Position numbers and translations under genes: made by a program
Assembly: GCA_963793265.1 (NCBI GenBank)
Contig: CAWBZI010000006.1
Coordinates: 160,001 to 224,000, forward strand
DNA length: 64,000 nucleotides
From: an uncultured cyanobacterium
Lineage (GTDB): Bacteria; Cyanobacteriota; Cyanobacteriia; Phormidesmidales; Phormidesmidaceae
Direction of reading: 5' to 3'
Notes under the pieces: model-generated
Seen by the model: only the letters and a program-made list of their open reading frames with translations
What the model was told of the DNA's origin: nothing
Databases searched by the model: none
Shown here: piece by piece, positions 9,616 to 19,200 of the stretch
How positions within the stretch are numbered: position 1 is the first letter of the stretch
Layout: each line of letters starts with the position of its first letter

Positions 9616-10509
9616 ATGACTATTGCTGGCTCCCAAGCTACCAAATCTCAAAGACCGAGAAAGCCTGCTGTAGAGCCTTCTACAGAACGATCTCCCGAGC
9701 CAGCTTTTTTTGCCGAGCCTTTGGATGAGTCTCTGACGCTACCGGATCACACGCAGCTACCGGAGTCAGATGGAACCTTTGTGAAAAATTTTCAAGAACA
9801 TCCACAGAGCGTTCTACTCACCAGCTCTATTCGGCCTACCCTTGATGCCCTGCATCCTGATAGTCAATACTGCATCGGTCAAGACAGCGGCATCTATTGG
9901 AGAATTATCGATCCGCCACTGCGAGGCGCAGAAGCGCCAGACTGGTTTTATGTGCCTGGTGTGCCGCCACTGCTGAATGGAATCACCCGGCGCTCTTACG
10001 TGATGTGGCAGGAAATAGTTGCCCCCGTCATTGCAATCGAATTTGTGTCAGGTAAAGGAAAAGAAGAACGGGACAAAACCTCACCGTTTGAGAACAAGGA
10101 CGCTAAAGCCGGTAAATTTTGGGTATATGAGCAGGCCATTCGGATTCCGTTCTATGCCATTTACGAGGTAGAAAAAGCGGCTGTTGAGGTTTACAAACTC
10201 ACTGGCGGTAGCTACAAAAAATGCAAGCCTAACACGCGCGGTCACTACCCTATCGAGCCTATGGGTGTAGAGCTAGGCATTTGGCAAGGTGACTATGCAA
10301 ATCAAATATTGCCCTGGCTAAGGTGGTGGGATGCAGAGGGCAATTTACTACTTTCAGGGGATGAGCGGGCTAAGCAAGAAGCTCAGCGGGCAGATGATGA
10401 AGCTCAACGGGCTGAGCAGGAAACGCAGCGAGCCAATGATGAAGCTCAGCGGGCCGAACGGATGGCTGCAAAACTACGTGAGCTAGGCATCAATCCAGAT
10501 GATGTATAG
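9616..10509 (+). CDS. Uma2 (DUF820) family putative endonuclease
   Basis: LPDHTQLPESDG, EAPDWFYVP, PVIAIEFVSG and KFWVYEQ motifs, plus the coiled-coil tail typical of cyanobacterial Uma2 proteins. Confidence 0.85.
   Translation: MTIAGSQATKSQRPRKPAVEPSTERSPEPAFFAEPLDESLTLPDHTQLPESDGTFVKNFQEHPQSVLLTSSIRPTLDALHPDSQYCIGQDSGIYWRIIDPPLRGAEAPDWFYVPGVPPLLNGITRRSYVMWQEIVAPVIAIEFVSGKGKEERDKTSPFENKDAKAGKFWVYEQAIRIPFYAIYEVEKAAVEVYKLTGGSYKKCKPNTRGHYPIEPMGVELGIWQGDYANQILPWLRWWDAEGNLLLSGDERAKQEAQRADDEAQRAEQETQRANDEAQRAERMAAKLRELGINPDDV
10363..10461 (+). repeat. 21-bp degenerate coding tandem repeat (QRAxxEA heptads)
   Basis: Encodes ERAKQEA-QRADDEA-QRAEQET-QRANDEA-QRAER. Confidence 0.75.
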
Positions 10510-10633
10510 GGGCGATCGCATACGTCCCGTTCGCTGCGGGTCATTTTCTCACGAAAACTGATACATCCTGCCGGTGTGCCGGTAATATCTTCGAGCTACT
10601 GTATGTAAAAGTAGCTGACTATATTACCTTCTT

Positions 10634-11500
10634 ATGTTTTTGCGCTCAGTCTTAAACGACCTTTCTGCGGCCTTTGCCAACGTCTATAGCGGTTGGATTT
10701 TATGGAACTTATTTTTGGCAGCGGTGCCCTTGTTCCTTAGTTTTTTACTGTTCAGGCGCAAAGATCTCTCCAAATTCAAAGTGTGGGGTGCTTTTGTCAT
10801 CATCACAGCTATTGGCGTCGTAGGGCTATGGCCTAGATTGCCGCGTGTGATGCAGGCGCAAATGCAGCTTATGATGGCGCTTGGTTCGGGCGATCGCACT
10901 GCCCAACTCAAAATAATCTGGTGGATCGCCCTAGCTGTAATCTCGCTAGCCATGAGCGTGTTCCTATTCAAACGCGAAAAAAGCAGACGCACTGCCCTGT
11001 GGTGGCTAGGTCTGATCGGCTTCATCGCCTTTTTGCCTAACGCCCCCTACGTTCTCACCGACATCATCCACCTCATTCGCGGCACCAGCACAGGCATCCG
11101 AGTGTGGGTAGTAGCCTTGGTTTTTATTCCACTCCACGCCGCCGCCATCATCATCAGCTTTGAAGCTTACACCTTATCAATCATCAACCTGGCCTCTTAC
11201 CTCAAGCAAAAAGGCAACGAGCATTTAATCTTACCGACCGAACTTTTCATCCATGCCCTCAGCGCCATCGGCATTTATTTAGGCCGCTTCGTCCGGCTCA
11301 ATAGCTGGGATCTCGCCACCGATCCCACCAGCGTTTTAACCACTACGCTAAACGCGCTTACCACTAAGCGCCCTGCTGCCGTCGTGTTCGTAACTTTCAT
11401 TATCCTATCCGTACTGTATTGGATTATGAAGCAGATTACGCTCGGCATTAAGCTGCGCCTTTACTACCGTAAGCAAGGCATCGACGCTTTAGATCTGTAA
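10634..11500 (+). CDS. DUF1361 family membrane protein
   Basis: WNLFLA.VP, FLPNAPYVLTDIIHL and GIYLGRFVRLNSWD motifs; multiple TM segments. Confidence 0.8.
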   Translation: MFLRSVLNDLSAAFANVYSGWILWNLFLAAVPLFLSFLLFRRKDLSKFKVWGAFVIITAIGVVGLWPRLPRVMQAQMQLMMALGSGDRTAQLKIIWWIALAVISLAMSVFLFKREKSRRTALWWLGLIGFIAFLPNAPYVLTDIIHLIRGTSTGIRVWVVALVFIPLHAAAIIISFEAYTLSIINLASYLKQKGNEHLILPTELFIHALSAIGIYLGRFVRLNSWDLATDPTSVLTTTLNALTTKRPAAVVFVTFIILSVLYWIMKQITLGIKLRLYYRKQGIDALDL

Positions 11501-11587
11501 CGCCATAGGTCTATTGAATGCTCGCCATTTAATCGGGAATGCTGAATTCAAGTAGAAATCTTGATGTAAGCCGGGGTTATACAAGCA

Positions 11588-12961
11588 GTGACGCCTTCAA
11601 ACGAGCTATCAGCGTGCTACGAGTGTCTAGATCTTCACATAGGGGCCACGCGTGAAGAGGTTGAAGCCGCCTATTTTCAGATTCGAGGACAGCTAATCTG
11701 CGCAGGTCAGCGAGAAGAACTTGCTGCCGTAAAAAATGCGCGAGATAGAATAAAGCGTCATCTGCGAGAAACTGAAGCGATCGCATCAAAAAATGAAACA
11801 GACGCGATCGCCCAAACACTCCCCACCTCCCAAAAGCCATCAACCCTATACCAGGGTGATCGTAACTACAACAGCGCCGCTTCTCCTACCGCAAACATAG
11901 CAGCAGCCCTAGCTTGTATAAACATCATCGCTAAAGTAAGCTTGCGCAAGCAAATTCTGCATATAGGCGTTGTTGTTGATAGCAGCGTATCGCAGCAGAA
12001 AATAATAGCGGAAATCTATGACCTGCTGAGTGAAATTAATCTCGAAAACTATGACCTTTCTAAAACCACCACCGTTCGAGTCTATGGCTTAGACGCGAAT
12101 AACAAAGTACTTTGGAAGAAAACATTTCCGCTGCCTAGCCTTCGCCTTTCAACAGACGACACCGACCTATATTCTTTCAACAATCGCTTCAGCAATGCGT
12201 TTATCTTTCCAGGACTGTTGTTAGTCGCGATCGCACTAACCGCCATATCCGCTACCAAACGCTTACTATTTGGCGTCACTATCTGGATTCACGAATGCGG
12301 CCATGCCACCATCGCCTGGCTAAGCGGATACCGAGCGCTACCGCTTCCCTTTGGCTGGACAAGTATTAGCTTAGAAAAGTCTCTTTTTGTATATATCGGC
12401 GTTTTGTTTTTATTAGGGCTGATGTTTTATTCAGGCAAAAAAGAGAACAGGCGCTGGCCCATGGTGTTAGCGATCGCTCTAGCCCTCATTCAGTTTTACA
12501 TCACCTGGCTAATCTCTCCTGGCACCTTCCAAATGCTCTTCTCCTTCGGCGGCATCGGCGGCGAATTCTACCTTTCCACCCTACTCATCGTCAGCTTTTA
12601 CTTCCCACTCCCCACTAAATTCCGCTGGGACTTCTATCGATATCCAACTGTGCTTTTTGCCGGATTCACCTTTTTTGGCTCACTGTGGCAATGGCGACAG
12701 ATTAAAAGCGGCCTCCAAGCCATTCCGTGGGGCACGATGCTCGGCGGGCAGGGCGATGCTGGCGGCGACATGAACAGATTAGTCAGCCACGGTTGGAGCG
12801 ATCAGCAGATTGTAGACAGCTACAACAGCATCGGTAGCATTTGCTTAATCGCCATCATCAGCATCTATATCTTCTTGTTCCTAAAGCAAAAAAATTATCT
12901 ATTTCTTTACTCACTATGGCAACAGTGGCAAAGCCAGCAGCACACACATCCAACAAAATAA
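11588..12961 (+). CDS. Membrane metallopeptidase-like protein (M50B-like HExxH) with a J-domain-like N-terminus
   Basis: N-terminal YECLDL..GAT.EEVEAAY (no HPD); IHECGH within a TM region; late GGD motif. Confidence 0.55.
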   Translation: MTPSNELSACYECLDLHIGATREEVEAAYFQIRGQLICAGQREELAAVKNARDRIKRHLRETEAIASKNETDAIAQTLPTSQKPSTLYQGDRNYNSAASPTANIAAALACINIIAKVSLRKQILHIGVVVDSSVSQQKIIAEIYDLLSEINLENYDLSKTTTVRVYGLDANNKVLWKKTFPLPSLRLSTDDTDLYSFNNRFSNAFIFPGLLLVAIALTAISATKRLLFGVTIWIHECGHATIAWLSGYRALPLPFGWTSISLEKSLFVYIGVLFLLGLMFYSGKKENRRWPMVLAIALALIQFYITWLISPGTFQMLFSFGGIGGEFYLSTLLIVSFYFPLPTKFRWDFYRYPTVLFAGFTFFGSLWQWRQIKSGLQAIPWGTMLGGQGDAGGDMNRLVSHGWSDQQIVDSYNSIGSICLIAIISIYIFLFLKQKNYLFLYSLWQQWQSQQHTHPTK

Positions 12962-12988
12962 ATACACGAATCCTTCCTGGCACCAGCG

Positions 12989-14407
12989 CTAATCCAGCAC
13001 CCATGTATCTTTAGCGCCGCCCCCTTGCGACGAATTCACTACCAGCTTTCCCTTCTCCAACGCGACCCGAGTCAGGCCGCCTGGATGCACATAAATATCA
13101 TTACCCTGGTGCAGCACATAAGGCCGTAAATCCGTATGCCGCCCATCAATACCACCGTCTACCACCGTTGGAATCTGCGAGAGGTACACCGTCGGCTGCG
13201 CCATATATTCTCTTGGATTTTCGCGAATTTTCTTTGCAAACGCAGCCCTTTCTTCGGCAGTAGAGTTCACACCTACCAGCATGTCATCGCCCCCTTCAGC
13301 GCTTGCCGCCTTAACCACCAATTCGTCTAGATGATCGAGAACGTAGTCGCGATCGCCCTCCCGCCAGCACAGATAAGTAGGCACATTAGGCAACAGCGGC
13401 TCCTCGTTCAAATAAAAACGAATCATATCCGGCACATAGGCATAGATCACCTTATCATCGCCAATGCCTGCCCCAATTGCATTCACCAAAGCCAGCTTTC
13501 CTTCCTGACATAAATTAATGAGGGTAGCAACGCTATCAGGATAATCTTCGCCAAGATCAATATCGTCAAACATTTCCGTATCGCCGCGTCGATACACCAC
13601 ATCTAGGCGCTGTGGGCCGTCATCGGTGCGGTAGCAGAGATAGCCCTCTGACATCAGCACATCTTCTGGAGCGATCAAAGCAACGCCCATTTGCTCTGCC
13701 AAAAGCTGATGCTCAAAGTAAGCGGAGGTACCAACACCAGGCGTTAATAGGGCCATAGAACTATCGGGCTTAGGCGCAATCAGATCCATCACGGCTTTGA
13801 GCTGCTGAGGGTAATCGTCCACCGGCTTAGGCGCAAATTTTGCTATCAGCTCTGGCAACACTCGCATCATGGCAATACGGTTTTTTAGCACGTAGGCAAT
13901 GCCAGAAGGCACGCGCAGATTGTCTTCTAAAACGCACCAGTTCCCGTCGCTATTTCGCACCAGATCAATGCCGCTAATGTGGCACCAAATGTCTCTAGGC
14001 GGCTTTATACCCATGCACTCAGGCCGAAATCTCAGCGCCGACTCCACAACATCGCGCGGAATTACGCCCTCAGCAATCACGCGCTGATCGCTATACACAT
14101 CAGCGCAAAACATATTGAGCACCTTAACCCGCTGCGCCAAACCAGCCGTGAGCATTTGCCACTCCTCAGCCGTAATCACTCTAGGAATAGGATCAAAGGG
14201 CAGCACGCGATCCTCTTCTCCATCAAAGCTAAAAGTAGCGCCTAATTCTTCTAGAACAGATTCGAGCTGAGCTTTAATGTGGGGCATATCCTGAGACGGC
14301 AGCGCCTGAAACCACTCTAAAATAGGCGCTAGCTCCGGGCGCAACTGGCCTGATTTTGAAAAATACTCATCGTAAAGACCTTGAGGATTATAAGCATCGA
14401 AGTTCAT
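12989..14407 (-). CDS. Circularly permuted type 2 ATP-grasp protein (DUF404/407)
   Basis: PFDPIPRVI, HISGIDLVR, VLEDNLRVPSG, DDKVIYAYVP and PGGLTRVAL...VVNSSQGGGAKDTWV motifs. Confidence 0.9.
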   Translation of the reverse strand: MNFDAYNPQGLYDEYFSKSGQLRPELAPILEWFQALPSQDMPHIKAQLESVLEELGATFSFDGEEDRVLPFDPIPRVITAEEWQMLTAGLAQRVKVLNMFCADVYSDQRVIAEGVIPRDVVESALRFRPECMGIKPPRDIWCHISGIDLVRNSDGNWCVLEDNLRVPSGIAYVLKNRIAMMRVLPELIAKFAPKPVDDYPQQLKAVMDLIAPKPDSSMALLTPGVGTSAYFEHQLLAEQMGVALIAPEDVLMSEGYLCYRTDDGPQRLDVVYRRGDTEMFDDIDLGEDYPDSVATLINLCQEGKLALVNAIGAGIGDDKVIYAYVPDMIRFYLNEEPLLPNVPTYLCWREGDRDYVLDHLDELVVKAASAEGGDDMLVGVNSTAEERAAFAKKIRENPREYMAQPTVYLSQIPTVVDGGIDGRHTDLRPYVLHQGNDIYVHPGGLTRVALEKGKLVVNSSQGGGAKDTWVLD

Positions 14408-14596
14408 ATCGAATGGGTGTATGTGGCATGAGGACTGAGGGCGTAGAAACGACCACTACTACTTTACTGAGCATAGCGGCTGTAAGGTGTTACGTAAGCC
14501 ACACTTGGGCGTAGGACGTGATTATGCAAATGAGTAAAACCGCTACAAGCTGATCCTATGCGCTTATAGAGATTTTCGCGAAAGGACAACCTTAGT

Positions 14597-16186
14597 TTAT
14601 TCGTACCCGAGCGCGCAGCCGTCCTTACGCGGATCAGAACCACCAATTAATCCACCGTTTTCACCTATCCAAATCGCCTGCCCCCCACCGTGCGGAAGCA
14701 CTGCCGGAACAACTTTATGACCCAGAGCCGTCAAACTCTCTTTGACCTGACTAGGCACGCCGCGCTCTACCTGGCATACTTTGCCATCATGGAACACTCT
14801 TGGAAAATCTAAGGCGGCTTGCACGTCCATGCGGTAGTCCAACAGATTCGTGAGAAAGTGAGCGTGACCGGTGGGCTGATACTGTCCACCCATCACCCCG
14901 AATGGCATCACTACGCGGCCTGCTTTCATCAGCATTCCAGGAATAATCGTATGGAGTGGGCGTTTGTAGGGAGCGATCGCATTCCGATGCCCCTCTTCCA
15001 ACACAAAGCCCGCCCCTCTATTCTGCAAAACAACCCCTGTTTTCGGACTCACCAAACCACTGCCAAAGCCGTGAAAAACAGATTGAATTAAGCTCACTGC
15101 GTTGCCTTCATCATCCACAACACACAGATAAACCGTATCAGGATGCTTAGGAAAATCTGAGTCTACCAGAGGCGGCATGGTTTGCGCTAAGCTGATTTTG
15201 CGCCGGAGCTGAGCGGCGTAGTCTGTAGAAAGCAAAAAGTCTAGCGGGATATCGGCCTGATCAGGATCGGCAATGTAGCGATCGCGCACCCCATAGGCCA
15301 GTCTCGCTGCCTCGCACTCCAAATGCAGCCGCTGCGCGCTCATCGGCGCAAAGTCCGTCAAATCATAGCCCGCCAAAATATTCAACATAATCAGCGCCGT
15401 GAGCCCTTGACCATTAGGCGGACATTCAAACACGTCATAGCCCCGATACTCAGACGAGATTGGCGTAACGTATTCAGCCTGCGGCGCAGCAAAATCTGCT
15501 AGCTCATGCAAACCGCCGAGAGACTGTAAATAGCTGACAACATCCTCAGCAACTTCACCCTTATAAAAGCCGTCTCTGCCTTCATCAGCAATGGTTTGGA
15601 GCGTACGACCAAGTTCGGGCTGACGATGGCGATCGCCCGCCTTTGGAGCCTCCCCATTCACCAATAGCATTCGCGCAGCAGGCTCAGTCACCCTCAGCTT
15701 TTTCGCAAGCTGCCCCCAGTCATACGCCACTCTCGAATGCACCGTATACCCCTCTTGGGCTAGCCGGATCGCCGGAGCTAGCAGCTCAGCAAAGTCCTTG
15801 CGCCCGTAGTCCTTATGCAGCAGACACCAGGCATCGACCGCCCCCGGCACCGTCACAGAATGCGGACTTTGCAGCGAGATATGCTTCATGCCCTGACGGG
15901 TGTACCAGCTCAAATCGGCCTTGCCCGGCGCTTTACCTGATCCGTTCAGAGCAACGACTTCACCTTTATTAGTAGGAGCATACAGCGCAAAACAGTCGCC
16001 GCCGATTCCCGTAGACTGAGGCTCAACGACGCACAGCACAGCGGCCGCAGCGATCGCCCCATCCACCGCATTCCCGCCTGCTTTGAGCACATCAATCGCC
16101 GTCAGCGTTGCCAAAGCATGAGAGGTCGCTGCCATGCCACCGCTAGCGTAAGCAGGAGAGCGACCGGGAAGCTGAAAATCTCTCAT
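14597..16186 (-). CDS. ggt: Gamma-glutamyltransferase (Ntn hydrolase)
   Basis: GGNAVDGAIA, GIGGDCFAL, SVTVPGAV, CPPNGQG, autoprocessing DTVYLCVVD, LQNRG, KRPLHTIIP and GSDPRKDG motifs. Confidence 0.92.
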   Translation of the reverse strand: MRDFQLPGRSPAYASGGMAATSHALATLTAIDVLKAGGNAVDGAIAAAAVLCVVEPQSTGIGGDCFALYAPTNKGEVVALNGSGKAPGKADLSWYTRQGMKHISLQSPHSVTVPGAVDAWCLLHKDYGRKDFAELLAPAIRLAQEGYTVHSRVAYDWGQLAKKLRVTEPAARMLLVNGEAPKAGDRHRQPELGRTLQTIADEGRDGFYKGEVAEDVVSYLQSLGGLHELADFAAPQAEYVTPISSEYRGYDVFECPPNGQGLTALIMLNILAGYDLTDFAPMSAQRLHLECEAARLAYGVRDRYIADPDQADIPLDFLLSTDYAAQLRRKISLAQTMPPLVDSDFPKHPDTVYLCVVDDEGNAVSLIQSVFHGFGSGLVSPKTGVVLQNRGAGFVLEEGHRNAIAPYKRPLHTIIPGMLMKAGRVVMPFGVMGGQYQPTGHAHFLTNLLDYRMDVQAALDFPRVFHDGKVCQVERGVPSQVKESLTALGHKVVPAVLPHGGGQAIWIGENGGLIGGSDPRKDGCALGYE

Positions 16187-16216
16187 GGGGCCAAATAAAT
16201 AGGAGGATAAGGAACC

Positions 16217-19200
16217 CTACCAGGGATTGCCCACCATGGTAAAGGCCGACCAGAAGAATGGATGGTCGAGCGTAGCGTTCTCAGGCAAATTCCAGTCATC
16301 AGGCAAATCAATGACACCCCTGCTAGTGAGCAGATCGCCATTTTCGATGCGAGTTTCACCATTGAGCAAAGCTAGCTGAGCCCTTCGCAGCGCCTCAAAC
16401 CGCAGGCTAGTCGATTCGAGCTGAATATAAAACTCACTCATAAGCGCCAGCGTACCGATATCCGACACCTGCCAAAGACTGCCGACAGTAGCATCAACAC
16501 CGGCTGCGGTCGCAAGGCCAGCAAACCCTAGCTCTGCATTCGGACTACTGAGCGCGGTAGAACATGCACTCAAAATCAATAGCTCTAGGTCAGCACCTAG
16601 CCAGTCCAAATCGCTGAAGTCTGACATGCTCAAAGACTCTTCCCACAGATGAATATAGGAGCTTTCGGGAGAATGCTGATCGAAGGTGGCATGGGTCGCC
16701 AAATGCAAAATACCCGGCTGTTTGGCAGTTTGGATATTTTCTAAAGCTGACCGCGTTGAGCCCTCGTTTAAAACAGTTTGAGAGGCAGGTACAAAGTCTT
16801 TTACAACGTCTAGCTCAATGGGTACTGCGGGCAAGGGCTGCTCGGTATCAAACTCGGCTACGCCCATAGCGACGGTAGGACGACGCGATCTAGCCACAAA
16901 ATCAGTTTGGGTTAGGCCAATAGTAGACACCATAGAAATGCCATACCGTTCTAGAGAAAATCCATGATAGTCACGCATTGCTGTAACGGGCGCTGTCCTT
17001 AAGCCAGTATCGAGCGAATACAACAGATTTTGAATGCCTTGAGCGGCAAGTTCTTCTTCTAGCGGTGCCAGCAGCCACTGATAGAGCTGTTGCGCGAGCG
17101 GGCGGTAGCCAAAAGCATCTTCCTCATCAGAGACATTGCTCCGAAACAGCTTCACCTGCCGAGTAGACTCAGCTCGTGTGACCGGGAGCCGATGGCGGAC
17201 TAGCTCGCCTTCAGGCATCACGAGCAATAGCTGTAACAGATCATCACGCTTCTGTTCAGGCGTCATCTGCAAAATATCTGTATTCTCTTCGGCGTCTCCT
17301 TCCGGCACAAACATGGCATAAATAATCGCTGAGTTCACCTGATACTCGTCTTGCGCGCGGCGTAGAATAGCCTGAATTTCGCGAAAAGAGAGATCTTGGC
17401 CAGCAGGTAAGTCCCAATAGTCTTCAAAGCTTCGACCAAATGTTCTTTCCACTTCTTGAATGGTCGCATCGTCACGCTCGGCCTGCGTGTCTATTTCGGC
17501 AGTTGCGAGCAAAGCAGTTTCTAAACTAGGGGCCGTTAGCGCAGCAAGTTCTGAGATACGCTGGTTGTCGATGATGAAGGGCGGGTTGTTTGGGGCGATC
17601 GCATCTAAAGCATCCGGCACAATAGCTGCCCCTGCCTCTGTGGCCACTAGCTCCACCGCATCTAGCTCCACTGCACCAATATCTACCGCTGCCCCAACGA
17701 CTCGACTCGTCCCTCTTTGATCAAAAGCAGGCAGTGATTCATTAGCACCCGCATTAATCGCCGCGCTATCAGTCTGTAGCAGGTGAGTTTTGGTAGAACC
17801 GCCATTGTCGGCTAGAGCAGCAAGCCGTGGATTGAGCGGATTGGCCGCAGACCCGACGAGTAGGCTACGCGTAAAGCCAGCAGCACCCTCTGCCTGTCCG
17901 ATCAGATTGTGCCCTTGATCAACAAACTGGCCGCTTACGTCAGCAGCAGCCACGCTCGTATTAGCTGCCACAATCGTATTTAATAGCTGAGCAGACTGAC
18001 TACTGTTTTCGACAATCCCACCGCCAAAACTCCCAGCCGTGTTGTCAGTAATCGTGCTGTTACGAACTACCAGATTAGCCGCTTCGCCCAAGCTGCGAAT
18101 AGCGCCACCCTCACCGCTAGCCCGGTTGCCACTTAGCGTTGCGTTAGTTAGCTCAATCGTGCCTACATTTTCAATAGCACCGCCGTTTGTTGCTTGCGAT
18201 CGCTCAAACAAACTACTAGCAACCGTAGCAACCCCAGCAGAATACAGCGCACCACCATTACTAACGGCAGTGTTATCTGCAAACGCGCTGTCTGTCATAG
18301 TTAAACTGCTATTTTTAATCTGAAGCCCGCCGCCAACAGCAGCCTCGTTATCAGAAACTTGCACGTTATTAGCAAGCACCGTACTACCGCTAGAGGCATA
18401 CAGACCGCCGCCGCCATCAGCAGCCTCATTACCGGATATCTCTACTGCGTCTAGCGTTATCGTACTTCCTTGAGTGGCATAAATGCCGCCACCGTCGTCT
18501 CCAGACGTATTGCCCAGCACAAGGCCGTCACTCATAGAGAACGTGCTGTCCCTTTGTACTAAAATGCCGCCGCCATCTTCAGGCGATGTGTTGCTTTTAA
18601 AAATGCTATTGCCGCCAACAGTTGCACTCGCCTGGAACAAAGCTAGCCCGCCACCATCTGTAGCACGATTGCTCTCGACAACAACATTCTCTAGTACGCC
18701 GCTAGCACCAGCAGCCAGAAGAATGCCACCCCCAAAATCAGACGAGTTTTCCTTGAAAGTAGAATCACTTACAGTTAGTACGGCCCCATTTCTGGCAATG
18801 ATTGCACCCCCGTTCTCTCCTGCTTCGTTCGCGGTGAACGTACCGTTTTCTATCGTCGTCGTGCTGTTGCCAGCAGTATAGATGGCTCCGCCCTCCTCGT
18901 CGGTATCGTTTTCAACAAAGCTGGTGTTGCGAATAGTTAGCATAGCGGGCGTGTTGTGAGCGATCGCGCCCCCATCGCTCTCTGCGATATTCTGTGAAAA
19001 CGTAGCGCCTACAAGCGTCACTGAACCAGTGGAATCAGTGTATATGGCTCCACCCTGATCGCCTGAAGTATTGCCAACAAAACTCACAGAGAGGACATCT
19101 GTATCGGCATCATTATGAGCATTTATCTCTGCATCGTTAGTGCTATAAATTCCGCCGCCCTTAGTAGACACATAGTTGTTGCTAATCGTAGAGTCATTAG

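Noticed and set aside
14470..14550. Possible NtcA sites upstream of the ATP-grasp gene
   Set aside because: GTA...TAC spacings are 6 and 7 nt, not the canonical 8.
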